Position numbers and translations under genes: made by a program. Source: Chrysomallon squamiferum (lineage: Eukaryota; Animalia; Mollusca). Taken from it: a stretch of DNA of 64,000 nt. The stretch lies in assembly GCA_012295275.1 (NCBI GenBank), contig CM022669.1, positions 8,370,001 through 8,434,000 on the forward strand, written 5' to 3'. The notes below the pieces were generated by a model. That model was not told the DNA's origin. It worked only from the letters and a program-made list of their open reading frames with translations, and made no database searches. Positions 12,791-27,720 of the stretch are shown piece after piece; the stretch's first letter is position 1; each line of letters begins with the position of its first letter.

Positions 12791-13839
12791 TAAATAATAT
12801 ACTGACATATAAAGATTAAAGATTAATATTTATTTCATTTCGTGGAGCATTTGCACACTATTATGCTTATACACATGGACACACACAGTCACATATACAG
12901 ACAGACATATACACACAAATACACTCACACAGACAATATAAACACGGATACACACACAAACACACAGAAACAGATATAGAAACATCCACACTCATGCACA
13001 TGCGCACAAAAAATTCATACATGTACACAGGCATACAGAAATAATTATTTAAACACAAAAAATAAAAATTCACACACAACCAACAAAAATAATCACATAC
13101 ACAAACATACACACACCTACAAGTACATGTACAAGCAAATACACACAAATAATTTATTTATTTATTTATTTTTATTCATTTATTATTATTATTATTTTTT
13201 TTTTAGAACAAAAGTACGAGATGTGTGGAAGTTTTGCAATAACTCTGTTGATTATTGATTTATTGATTTCTAGGTGTGAATCAAATCGGGTATTGAAAAA
13301 GACCAGTCAATAATCAATGTGAAATGTATTTGTTGTGTTACACACACAGTCCTGTATTTGTTAAACCTAAACCTAATTCCTTAATATAAAAGGTGTCCTT
13401 AATTACACACTTAGCTCCAGACACTTAGTCAGCAGGGAAATATATAATCACAATTTGACAAGCGATGAAAAAGGTTTTTGAAATATAATTATTGTTCCTG
13501 TTTCTGAGTAGGCATTCAGATATTTATATCTTTGATTATTTTAAATGTTTTTGGTTTTTGTTCAGTTTTTTTTTTTTTTTTTTTGTTTTGTTTTATTTAT
13601 ATTTTACACTTTTAATTTATTTTTATTTTACATATTTTTTAACTATGTTTTTGTAATTTTTATTTTAACATACTAGGCACATGTAAAACTGGAAAAGTTA
13701 CGAGCAAAATTCAGATTATTTTTATAGCAAAAGTTTGTTTCAAATGTCCCAACTTATTTACAAATTCAAAGGCTTTGTAAGTTTTTTTTTTTTTTTTACT
13801 AAGACAGTCAAAAAAAGATTATTTTGTAAAACAAGTGTC

Positions 13840-14545
13840 GTAAGTTGTTTTACTAAGACAAAGGTTGTAATTGTTTTCTAAAGTAGCCTTTAGGCTGTTT
13901 TCTAAAACAGACACTGTAGGTTGTAGATTGTTTACTAAGACAAAGATTGTAGACTGTTTACTAAGACAAAGGTTGTAGACTGTTTGCTAAGACCAATAAG
14001 GATACAGAAAGGTTACATATTGTTTACTAAGACAAAAGGTTGTAGATTGTTTACTAAGACAAAAGGTTGTAGACTGTTTACTAAGACAAAGGTTGTAGAT
14101 TGTTTACTAAGACAAAGGTTGTAGATTGTTTACTAAGACAAAGGTTGTTGATTGTTTACTAATACAAAGGTTGTAGATTGTTTACTAAGACAAAGGTTGT
14201 AGATTGTTTACTAAGACAAAGGTTGTTGATTGTTTACTAATACAAACTGATTGTTTACTAAGACAAAGGTTTGTTTACTAATTTTGATTGTTTAAGACAA
14301 AGGTTATAAACTGTTTACTAAGACAAAGGTTGATTTTTATTAAGACTGTTTACTAAGACAAAGGTTGTAGATTGTTTACTAAGACAAAGGTTATAGACTG
14401 TTTACTAAGACAAAGGTTGTAGACTGTTGACTAAGACAAAGGTTATTGGTTGTTTACTAAGACAAAGGTTGTAGACTGTTTACTAAGACAAAGGTTGTAG
14501 ATTTTTTACTAAGACAAAGGTTGTAGACTGTTTACTAAGACCAAC
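13840..14545. repeat. 26-bp minisatellite (TTGTTTACTAAGACAAAGGTTGTAGA), ~25 copies
   Basis: Direct reading; the core is homogeneous at 14020-14250 and the edges are degenerate. Confidence 0.97.
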
Positions 14546-15994
14546 GAGGATACAGAAAATCCAGGTTTGAGTGGAACATTAAGACATCATCAATCTCAGT
14601 ATCAGTTTGACAGTTATTAATAGTATTTGTATTCCACTCTAACCATCGTCAAACGGTTTGACAAGTTTGGATATTGCTTCTGCCTCGTGTGAAACAGTTC
14701 ATTTTAAATTTTTAAAAAAAACTTAATTCAGGAAATTGCGAGATATGATGAAGCAAATGGGTGTTTTAAGGTTCAATGGTCGAATTTTGAGTTTTAACTG
14801 ACATGAAGGTTAAAATGATTACCCGATCACGAAAACAGTTCATTCAAGTACAATGGACTTCTAAAACGATTCCTATTTGTGACAGATGTTAAATATTGTA
14901 CTCAAGACATACAAACAAATGTAATAGTGATCTAAACAGACTGAGTATAGCACCGTCAAGCTAGAGTATCTTCAGTCTGGCATTTTAAAATTTCAATTTA
15001 ACTCCTGAAAAACGATGTCTTCCCGGAATGACAAATGTCAGTCTCATAAGTATCTTTGTTAGCTTGTTTCATCATTGAAATATTTTATTATTAGGAAAAA
15101 AAAAAAAAAAAAAAACATGAGGAGTATATAAACTGAAATATGTTATTTGTATATTTAATATCAGACTGTCTAAAATCCATTTATTTGTCATTGTATTTCC
15201 TTTCCATTATACTTTTTTTTCTGTCTGTCCATCATAATATATTTCCGTTCTTTTATAAAAATAAACCAGTTTATCAACTGAATGAGAGAGAGAAAGAAAA
15301 TGACACAAAGACCGACAAACAAACAGACAGGATAAAAACAAAGAGTAATTTGTAGTTAAATTTATTTCTGTGCTATATAAAGAGGATCTAATGGCTGTCA
15401 CCTAGTCTTCCAGTAATATGATAAAATGAGGTGCTCAGATCAAGGTTTATGTCTCTCGGTTTTGTCAATATTCTCAACTTGTCCCTGAAGATTTTCTTAC
15501 TTTGTACGGAGAAGATGAAGAGAAAATGTAACAAGATCTTTCAGTGCACCCAGAGACTGATAAATGAGTTCATATATTTCCCCACAGTTTTCTCCTCTTT
15601 TTATTTCATCTTATTAACTCAGATTGACGTCTGTTCGCGTCCTTAGTTTACTGGGTGTCTGTCTGTCTGTGTTTGTGTCATTGTGTAGGTGTATTCTGCA
15701 CTGTGTATGTATTCTGTGTGTGTGTTTGTGTATTATGTGGAAATGTGTGTGTGTGTGTGTGTGTGTTTTTGTTATTTAATTTTTGTTTTTCTTTTTTTTG
15801 AGTTATTTTCATTTAATGTTTTTTATTTTGACATTTGATGGATTTGTATGGATTATGTGATGTGTGTGTGTATGTCTCTTTTTATGTATGTGTCTTTTTA
15901 TGTATGTGTATATGTGTGGCTGTGTACACATTTGTGTTCTGTATGTATGTAAGTATGTGAGTTTGTCTTTTTATATACGTGTGTATGTGTGGCT

Positions 15995-16735
15995 GTGTAC
16001 ACATTTGTTTTATCTACACTTGGTATTGATGTATGTGTAAGTATTACAGTATGGATGTATGTGTACACATTTGTGTTATCTACACTTGGTATTGATGTAT
16101 GTGTAAGTATTACAGTATGGATGTATGTGTATACATTTGTGTTATCTACACTTGGTATTGATGTATGTGTAAGTATTACAGTATGGATGTATGTGTACAC
16201 ATTTGTGTTATCTACACTTGGTATTGATGTATGTGTAAGTATTACAGTATGGATGTATGTGTACACATTTGTGTTATCTACACTTGTATTGATGTATGTG
16301 TGTATTACAGTACGGAAATGTACACATTTGTGTTATCTACACTTGGTATTGATGTATGTGTAAGTATTAGTACGGATGTATGTGTACACATTTGTGTTAT
16401 CTACACTTCTTTTGATGTATGTGTAAGTATTGTGGATGTATGTGTACACATTTGTGTTATCTATATTTGGTATTGATGTATGTGTAGATATTACAGTACG
16501 GATGTATGTGTACACATTTGTGTTATCTATATTTGGTATTGATGTATGTGTAAGTATTACAGTATGGATGTATGTGTACACATTTGTGTTATCTATATTT
16601 GGTATTGATGTATGTGTAAGTATTACAGTATGGATGTATGTGTACACATTTGTGTTATCTATATTTGGTATTGATGTATGTGTAAGTATTACAGTATTGA
16701 TGTATGTGTAAGTATTACAGTATGGATGTATGTGT
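15995..16735. repeat. 66-bp minisatellite, ~11 copies
   Basis: TGGTATTGAT at 16021 and 16087 gives period 66; this explains the 22-aa periodic ORFs on both strands. Confidence 0.97.
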
Positions 16736-17225
16736 CAGTTGTTGTACATTACACAGCGATATGTTCTCATTTGTTTGATACACTCAGACACCCCAACCCA
16801 GTTTCACTCGCAAACAAACAGACTTGTATGAACAAAAAAATCAATGGAGACGTCAAACTTGGCATTGTGTTAATAAGAGAGGACGCAGGAGCCCACATAG
16901 CTAAAAATAATCTTAATTTATTTTACAAAAAAAAAAATAACAAAAATAACAATACTTCATAAAAACTGGTTTCAGCCATTCGTCTCAGAATGAAGATTAA
17001 GTCAAAGAGAAGTGGAGGGATGGACTCAGGGGAGGAGGGGGGTTGATGGTGTCTTGATATTTCTTGTTTACAGCGACCAACGTCGTTTCTGTTATTTTAA
17101 AAAAGTGCAAGAAGCAGTTTTCTGTTAGGTCTTTCGTTTTTTATTGTGTTTGTTTGAATCATTGTGTATGTGTGTGTGAATTACTGTCTGTATGTATGTA
17201 CATATTTTGTGGATATGTGTTTGAG

Positions 17226-17338
<113 letters not shown>

Positions 17339-18169
17339 GTACATACATATATGGGTGTATGGATGTATGTGTATATATGTAGTATATGCATATACATATG
17401 TTTATATGCGTATTTCATAAATAAATTTATTTCACACACAAACACACACACACATACACGCACAAACACAAACACACATACACAACAAATGTGTTTGTTA
17501 CTGTACAAACTGGTAAAACATTTCCAAGGATCAGCACTGGATGCAGACCAGAATCAGACCACTGATTTTTATTACAAGTTTACAAAATTTTCTGTAAAAT
17601 CTGCGCTCTCTTTGTGAACAAATTTACACGATATTGTATTTTTTTTTCTTCTCTCTCTGTTGACACAGTAACATTTAAAAAAGTGATTTCCGAGGGTGTC
17701 CTATTGACACAATTAAACATAATTATTACACCATTGATTATCGTTAACATAATCCCACACAGGTGTTTTTCAGTAATCCACTGCACACTGTGTCATTCAG
17801 GTAATCAATAGAATCGTACAAGACAAATTTTACTTGTCCAAAAATCCGAGCAGTGAAAATGTATGGAGGATATTCATGTCAGTTAGATACACAAAATCGC
17901 TGGTGTAGTGTTTGAACATGCACATGAAGACACATTTATGAAGAAATATTTATTTAATGAATAAATAATGCTGTGAGTAATTGTGTTTGTTAGATGGAAA
18001 TTAAAATAAATACAAATATTTACCCAGACCAATTTAATGTTAGCTTTAGTAAAATGTCTGTAAAATGTCGTATTTATGTGTTTCTTAACAGAAAAAAAAA
18101 CGTATACAGGCCTGCATATACATTGCATATTCCTCGTATATTTCTGTATCTATTCCACACACAAACCTG

Positions 18170-18212
<43 letters not shown>

Positions 18213-18638
18213 CATTCACACATACACACTCATCTATCCATACATAGACGCATCCACACACACACACACACACACACACACAACAAGCACAAACATTGGT
18301 CCATCCATCCATTCATAGAAAAAAATACAAGGAAATACCTTTTGCTTCATTTACAGAAGATATTGACAGAAAAAATAAAAAAAAAGAATGGGCTGATATG
18401 ACATTTATGTAACATTTTACAGGAATGCAGTAAACGTAAACGAGATTATCTTTATGTGTTTTGTGCCTGCAGACATTTGGTTGGTTGAGGTTATTCTCGG
18501 GCTTCTCTCACTCGTAACTGAGGTTAGATAAGATTGTTTTGTTTCAGAGACCAAACAGTAAAAGCATTCGGATCATTTGGACTAATGTCACGTTACAATC
18601 ATTGCATCCATAAGTCATTATGTTAAATGTTCTTAGTT

Positions 18639-18685
<47 letters not shown>

Positions 18686-18767
18686 TGAACAAAAGAATAT
18701 TGGATATATTTAATGACTTTGAAAGAAGAAAAGATTTATTTCTTATTAAATTAGATGTGAACAGAGC

Positions 18768-19600
<833 letters not shown>

Positions 19601-19779
19601 CCATGTATACCTCTTTGTTTTCTTTCCGTTCTGTATATTTAGATAGCCAAAAAACATTATATCTATCATTTCTGTATATTTATTTAAAATGCCAAGTGTT
19701 TACTTTCTAAGTCAATACATTCATACAACTAGCAGTATTTTGGGTAAATGTTTTAAAACATTCTGTCATTTGCTTGCTT

Positions 19780-20249
19780 ACAAAGTCATACTATTATCAG
19801 TAGCTTAGAAGTTAGACCATGGATGGTTACAAAATAATATTATTTGTCAATTGGTTACAAAATAATACTTCTGTCATTTGTTTGGTACATTGTAATATTA
19901 CTGTCAGTATGTTACAAAATAATACGCCTATCAATGGTTACAAAGTAATACTACTATCAGTGGTTACAAAGTAATACTACTATCAATGATTAGAAATAAA
20001 CTACGTATCAGTGGTTACAAAGTAATACTACTATTAGTGATTAGAAATAAACTACGTATCAGTGGTTACAAAGTAATACTACTATCAATGGATACAAAGT
20101 AATACTACTATCAGTGGTTACAAAGTAATACTACTATTAGTATATTACAAAGTAATACAACTATCAGTATGTTACAAAGTAATACAACTATCAGTATGTT
20201 ACAAAGTAATACTACTATCAGAATGTTACAAAGTAATACAACTATCAGT
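19780..20249. repeat. Degenerate 26-bp minisatellite (TGGTTACAAAGTAATACTACTATCAG)
   Basis: Direct reading; divergence decreases toward the 3' end. Confidence 0.93.
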
Positions 20250-20696
20250 GGTTACAAAGTAACGTAGCTCACTAGCACTGTTAAAACGCTTAGCGCCTGG
20301 TTACAAAGTAACGTAGCTCACTAGCACAGTTAAAACGCTTAGCGCCTGGTTACAAAGTAACGTAGCTCACTAGCACTGTTAAAACGCTTAGCGCCTGGTT
20401 ACAAAGTAACGTAGCTCACTAGCACTGTTAAAACGCTTAGCGCCTGGTTACAAAGTAACGTAGCTCACTAGCACAGTTAAAACGCTTAGCGCCTGGTTAC
20501 AAAGTAACGTAGCTCACTAGCACAGTTAAAACGCTTAGCGCGCGGTTACAAAGTAACGTAGCTCACTAGCACAGTTAAAACGCTTAGCGCCTGGTTACAA
20601 AGTAACGTAGCTCACTAGCACAGTTAAAACGCTTAGCGCCTGGTTACAAAGTAACGTAGCTCACTAGCACAGTTAAAACGCTTAGCGCCTGGTTAC
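20250..20696. repeat. 49-bp minisatellite, 9 near-identical copies
   Basis: GGTTACAAAGTAACGTAGCTCACTAGCAC(A/T)GTTAAAACGCTTAGCGCCT starts at 20250, 20299, 20348 ... 20642, with a partial unit at 20691. Confidence 0.99.
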
Positions 20697-21013
20697 TGTG
20701 GACGATGATCGTACACCGGCCTGCGTTATCCAATTGTCTGCCTGCAGTTGTTTGCCTCGTCTGTGAGTGGACGATGCACAGAAGTGTTTGTGAAGACTGC
20801 TGGAGCATCAGACTCATTACGTTCTCTCTCTCTCGCTGTCACCGCCGTTTAGTACCTGCTGTTTGACATTTCTTGACTGATGGATTTTCCTGCCAAACGG
20901 ATTTCCCGTCTCTCTCTCTCTCTCTGTGTCTCTGTGAGTGTGTGAGTGTTAGATTCTGGTGACAGCGCTTTTCAGTGAAATGTGGTAATTTCTTGTTTGC
21001 CAAAGTGGTAAGT
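20697..21013 (+). promoter_or_regulatory. Candidate alternative first (non-coding) exon/promoter
   Basis: Locally GC/CpG-richer unique sequence with short CT tracts, ending in GTG|GTAAGT (donor at 21008) followed by T-rich sequence. Confidence 0.35.
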
Positions 21014-21199
21014 TTTTTTGTTTTGTTGTTGTTGTTGTTTTTTTGTGGGGTTTTTTTTCGTCAGCGTTTGTGGTGTTATTGATTGCTTGTGAAACAGTTT
21101 GTTGTTATTTTTGTTTTCTTTGCTGCCGTTTGTTAAATGGATTATATTTATTTATTGCTTTATAAAAAAAAAAAATTTAAATGTTATTGGCCTTTTATT

Positions 21200-21200
<1 letters not shown>

Positions 21201-21277
<77 letters not shown>
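21201..21277. repeat. (AAT)n microsatellite
   Basis: Direct reading. Confidence 0.98.
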
Positions 21278-22545
21278 CTTGTTGTTGTTGTGTTTGTATG
21301 GCAAATTAATTTTAGCTAAAGTTTGGAAACGTTTGGTATTTTATTTGAATTACGTATCTGATATTTTTTTTTTTTAGCAATTGAATCATTTTAGATATTT
21401 TGTTAATTACTTAAAATATGAGTGTATGCACAGCACGTGTATAATTATCATATATTTTCTGTTTTCTTGAATTTTTTTTAAAGACTTACTGCTTTATGTT
21501 ATTCTTTCTTTAATTTTTTTTTTAACGTATTTTGATGACACACACACACACACACACACACAGTGTAATCCTTAACACACTTGAATATAATTTTATTTCA
21601 TATTAAAATAATAATAATAATAATATTAATATTAATAATAATAATAATAATAATAATAAAATAATAATAATAAAAATTACAAAAAAAAGAAGAAAAAGAA
21701 ACAAACAAACAAGAAAAAACAAAACGAATAATAATAAGAAAAAAAACACACACATTATAACTTTGCAATGATGTAATATAAGGATAATTGTATAAAATGT
21801 ATTAGAGATAATGACGAAAATAGTGACTTGATGTTCCTATTGCATGACAATTTCTCATTAAACATATCACAGTATCTGTTATTACTATCTGTGGAAATAC
21901 AAAAAATTTAGAATTTTGTCGTTAAAATCTCAACTTCTACCTAATGATTTTGCTCATCTGTGTTATGCGATAGTTTAATTCTTGAGACGTTTATAAATGA
22001 AACAGTAGATGTTCTGAATTCTGTTTTATTTAATGTTTGTACGAGTCTGTGTTGTTTTACATATAATTATGAGCTTTGTTTGTCTGTATATAACGTACAT
22101 GTAAAGGACATATGTCTGTGATTGTCTATATTATTTGAAAGTTGCATGTAAATGTGTGTGTGTGTGTTTAATAAATACGTGTGTTTCTGCAAGATGTTTG
22201 TGTATAAGATTTATATGTTTCTGTGGATTTGAACTGAAAATATTCTCTCCGGAAAGCGTGGAAATCTAAATATTTAAAATCCATGTTGTGCATGTTTTAC
22301 ATCATCATTTGATATCACGCTGTTTACAGAAGCGGGTAGCTGACTGTAGTGAGTGCTAGGTGGAAGGATCAAACCTCTGTGGGGAGCTGTTGACTGACAT
22401 ACGTTTGTGAAGTTTCTAAAAATAATTGTTTTCTTTTAGCCTTAAACTGGTTAATTTTTACTTATAAGTTGTTAACAGGCAATATAAGAAAAAAGCTTCA
22501 CTTAAAATTTAGAACTGTGTTTTTTAATATAAAGAATTTTTATTA

Positions 22546-22578
<33 letters not shown>

Positions 22579-24829
22579 GTCATGATCATTATCACGATCA
22601 TCATCATCATCATATTAGTGTTGTTATTATTAACACCATCATCATATTCAGAAATTTAAACACATTTCCACATTTTTCTCAAACAATTTTATTCTAGAAC
22701 TGTTGACTTCTTTCTGCCACCAAACCCCATCATCATCATCGTCATTTTAATCATCTCGTCTCCACGGTCCATATTTTACATCAGTGTTTTTTTTTTCTGT
22801 TCCAGACCTCTTGATTTAGTTTTCCACACCAACCCGCCCCAGTAACTAGACAGTCTCTTGTCTCTCTGTGATACAACTCACTCTTTGATTTCAGCCAAAC
22901 ACAGGACATTTACTCCACTCGTTGACTGCTCTTATGATGAACTCGTATTTACTCGCGTCTTTCAACACGACTCAGTCTTGAAGGATCAGTGTTGACCAAC
23001 TTCAAACGGTGCCTGATAAAAACGTTAGCTAGAGAGAAAAACGGATGAGCGGAAAGCACAAAGTGATGTTTTTGTGATTTTGTTTGAAACACTGGAAGTG
23101 TTGTAGGAAGCGGCAGGGGTTCCTGTCTGTCTGTCTGTCTGTCTGTCTGTACGTGTGTGTGTGTGATGTTTTTTTTGTTTGTTTATTTGTGAGTGTGTTT
23201 GTGGATGAGTGAGTTTTACATCTGCATGCATGAAATGAGAGTTTATAATGAATTATTTTAGTGTACATACATCTGTGTGAAAGAGTGTTTGCTAAGTACG
23301 TAGAATGATGGCAGATGTGTACAGGTGTGAAAGTGAGTGTCACTATGAGTTAGTGAGTGAGTATCTGTATATGTCACAGCTGAGCAGGTGATTTTATATG
23401 TAAGTTGTTAATACAGGTAAGTCTGAGTGCATGAATGAACACTTGTGTGAATACCTGTGTGACTACTTATATGAAACGAGTGAATATTTTTGATAGTAAT
23501 TTATTTAAGAGAAGAAAGTGCTAAACAAACACCTCTAACTCCTCTCACATCCTCTCTGTCTCCAAACTCCATTTTTACTCCCAGAAACCTTTCCTGTTCT
23601 AATTCATCATCTCACCTTTCCCAATCTAAAAATATATACTTTGTGTTTTTAATTTTTTTTTTTTTTTTTTAAAAAAGAATCTTCTTTTAGCTCACCTCCT
23701 CCTCTTTATCTTCCAAATTCTACCCTTCCTGGTTTTGTTTTGTTTTGTAATAACACTTGACTGCCGCTCTCTCTCATACACAGATACATGTAACTGATAA
23801 CACAATTAGTTTCACTTCTGTCTATTTGTTTTGGATTCTCGCTCACTTGGAAATCATTTCTTCTTGTTTAGCTAATACGCACTCTGAACGGAAGATGTTT
23901 TCGCTGATACGTTGTTGAGAGCGGTGCTGTTGTAACGTTGCAGTGTGTACCTCTTCTGTACACACACTTGTAGAGTGTTCACTTTACTAACATAATATTT
24001 ACCGTCAGCGAGAACCGTTTGCTCTGATCCTCTCAAACGCACAGGGGAATAATAAACACCCACTGTACAGGTAGGTAGCGAAGTTTTTTGTTTTTTCAGT
24101 TTGCTCACCTTAATATAGCTTAATTATTTTCTTTTATCTTTCTTGTTGGTGTGTTTGATCTTGTTTATAAAAGTAGTACACACACACACACATGTATCAT
24201 CTATCATCTACATCTATCTATCTATCTATATATATATATATAAAATATGTATATGTTTATGTTTCGTTGTGTTTATATATGTGTGTGTGTAAAAACATGC
24301 ACAGATAATATACACAAACACATATACAAACAGATACAACACTCAAACACACACACCCATGCAAACAGACATCTTACAAAACAATCATACTGTTTATTCC
24401 CCACATCTTACAAACACTGCAGCAATAATTAAGCATAATTAGTGGTTTTGCTGTGAATTTCAACAACAAACCCACCTCTAATCGGCTCAGTTTTAATAAC
24501 CATGTCAAGGTGCCTAACTTTTCTACGTGACCGCTTATTAGCCTGTTATTGTCTGTATTGACTGGCCCGAAGATCATTAAAGTAATTGCTACATTAAGTG
24601 AGACATTCATTTCAATATCCCAGTCACAGTAATTCCCTGGCTGGCTGGAAGCTGCCAAACATCACAAATTCTCATAAACAACAATTTTCTGTGTGCTCCA
24701 CGCTTGCAATCTGAGACATGAAGACATTGGAAATATACTTTTTTATATATATATAAAATTTTGTAACATCCACAAAAAAAAAAAAAAAAAATAATAATAA
24801 TAATAATAAAAATAATAATAATAATCTAT

Positions 24830-25175
24830 AATCTCTAAGATAAATGAATAATATTTGAGTTTTTTTTTTTATGTTAGTACATTTTACAATAACGTCCACA
24901 AACAAATATATTTATCGACTAAGATAAATCACGTTTTGAACTGATATACGTTGGCAAATACATTTTCTAACAACACCTACAAACAAATTATTTATAGTGT
25001 AAGATAAATAAACAACTAGCGTTTTGGATTACTGTATGTTTGTAAATACATTTCGTAAACTCATCCACAAACAAATATGTATTTATTGTCTAAGATAAAT
25101 AAGGTTTTAAATAGAAATACTTTTGTAAATATGTTTTGCAAAAACATGTACAAACATGGTGTTTATGGTCTAATA

Positions 25176-25180
<5 letters not shown>
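24830..25180. repeat. Old degenerate ~80-88 bp tandem repeat, 4-5 copies
   Basis: ACAAACAAAT..TTTAT.G.(C)TAAGATAAAT..GTTTT..AAATA.ATTT recurs near 24898, 24979, 25067 and 25150. Confidence 0.75.
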
Positions 25181-25222
<42 letters not shown>

Positions 25223-26004
25223 ATGGATTTAGTGTAACAAGTCTGTTTATGTTGAGAAGAAATTACAACATAAATAAACCATATATTTTAAAATTCATAT
25301 TTGTATTTTAGTTCATTTCTTTATTATTTATGATATGTAAACTGAAATAAAAATGATTTTACATTTAATTTTGCATCTCAGGTGCCTGATATTAGACCAA
25401 CAATTAAATTTAATTTTCTAGTATTATTATTACAATGATACAAAATTTTCATTATCTCACATTACAAGTTATAAATGTAAATTTCAGTATTTTAAATTAA
25501 AAAATGAAGTCATAAAACAGATACATTTAAAAGATTGCCAGAAAAAATTCAGAACTATGTAGTTTATATAAAAAAAAAAAAAAAAAAAAAAGATTTCAAA
25601 ATGTACATTAAATTCAGTTTTATATAAAAAAAAAATGTCCCACAAACTCGGTTTACAACTGGGTAAAATAAAACCATCAATAAGGCTTTGAAGTTGTGTC
25701 AGGGAGAGTAGTCTAGTTTTCAAGTTGACAGTTAAGACTTGTGTTCAAACCTGATCAATACGCTGGTCCCTGTTTAATAACTTTTCTTTCTAATTGGCCG
25801 ATACTCAAACATGCGCCAACAGTTAAGTGGGGAGAGAGTTTCGGCTGCTATTGATTGCCTTGTCAGAAATGAAACAAACTTGCTCATTGTTCGGGCTGAT
25901 AATAAATGGGGAAGTGTTTTCAACACAAATGCAAGAGAGGAATTTTGTTTTATGTTATTTTTAAAAACTGGATCGGGATTAATTTTTTGAGTGTTGTTGA
26001 TATT

Positions 26005-26848
26005 AATGATGATAATAATGATGATGATGATGATGATGATGATGATAATGACACTGATTAGATGATGATCTAATGACACTGATTAGATGATGATCTAATG
26101 ACACTGATTATGATGATGATGGTAATGACACTGATTATGATGATGATGATAATGACACTGATTATGATGATGATGATGATGATGATAATGACCGATGATG
26201 ATGATAATGACACTGATTATGATGATGATGATAATGACACTGATTATGATGATGATGATAATGACACTGAGTATGATGATGATGATAATGACACTGACTG
26301 TGATGATGATGATAATGACACTGACTATAATGATGATGATAATGACACTGATTATGATGATGATGATGATAATGACACTGACTGATGATGATGATAATGA
26401 CACTGATTATGATGATGATGATAATGACACTGATTATGATGATGATGATAATGACACTGATTATGATGATGATGATAATGACACTGACTGTGATGATGAT
26501 GGTAATGACACTGATTATGATGATGATGATAATAACACTGACTGTGATGATGATGATAATGACACTGATTATGATGATGATGATAATGACACTGACTATG
26601 ATCATAATGATAATGTCACTGATTATGATGATGATGGTAATGACACTGATTATGATAATGATGATAATAACACTGACTGTGATGATGATGATAATGACAC
26701 TGATTATGATGATGATGATTATGACACTGACTGTGATGATGATGATAATGACACTGACTGCAATGATGATGATAATGACACTGACTATGATGATGATGAT
26801 AATAACACTGATTATGATGATGATGATTATGACACTGACTGTGATGAT
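26005..26848. repeat. 27-bp minisatellite (GATGATGATGATAATGACACTGATTAT) derived from a (GAT)n tract
   Basis: Direct reading; ~28 copies with frame-shifting indels near 26190 and 26383. Confidence 0.97.
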
Positions 26849-27529
26849 TCTACTAACACTTTTGTATTATTCACTACTACTCCGCTACTATCACTACTAT
26901 TATATTCCTCACTTCATTTCTACTGTTATTACTTACCACTGCTGCTACAACCACAACTACCTTTTCAGCTACTAGTAACTATAACCTTGACACTCTGCTT
27001 TCATCATTTTCATTAGTATTCCTGTTTACACTAAACTTTCAGTAATTTCTACTATTTCTGCTACTACTGCTACTACAATTACTACTGCTACTACATTATC
27101 AGCTACTAATGTTACTTGTACTAAAACTGAATGAAATAATTTCAGCACTTATTTACAATTTCCTGTTCAAAAATGCCAGCACTATATCTTACAGCCGTAT
27201 TTGACAAGATGTCAGAAATGAACTTCTGAAGCAATTATTCAAATTAGTTATTTCCAAAAATAATAATAATAATAAAATATTTGTTGTTATCTTGCTAAAA
27301 CATTTTTTTTTTACTTTTATATGCCTGACATGATGTCAGAAATGCCCTAAAAAAAAAAAAAAAATTACAAAAATGATTCATTAAACGGTTACTTCGTCTG
27401 TCTGTCTGTGCGGAATCATGGCATCTTTGATGACAGACTTCCACCATGACTAACAATTAGCTAAACAAGTAAATAACAAATTACTGCGTTAGCCTCTTAA
27501 AATACTGAAATAATAGTCATAAATAAAAT

Positions 27530-27720
27530 AAGTTTAAGATAAAATAAAATTAGATAAAATAAAATAAAATAAAATAAATAAGATAAAATAAGATAAGATA
27601 AGATTGGATAAAATAAAATAAAATGAAATGAAATGAAATAAAATAAAATAAAATAAATAAAATAAAATAAGATGAAATAAAATAAAATAAAATAAAATAA
27701 AATAAAATAAAATAAAATTA
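27530..27720. repeat. (AAAAT)n pentanucleotide repeat
   Basis: Direct reading. Confidence 0.95.

Noticed and set aside
15402-15412. CTAGTCTTCCA, complementary to the 5' 11 nt of miR-7
   Set aside because: The match stops after 11 nt and there is no precursor hairpin, so it is not a miRNA gene; there is no evidence it lies in a 3' UTR.
15898-16711. Periodic 22-aa repeat proteins on both strands
   Set aside because: A by-product of the 66-bp minisatellite; the frames break at indels.
20250-20696. 49-bp array with palindromic core as a CRISPR-like array
   Set aside because: The units are contiguous and near-identical with no unique spacers, there are no cas genes, and the context is eukaryotic.
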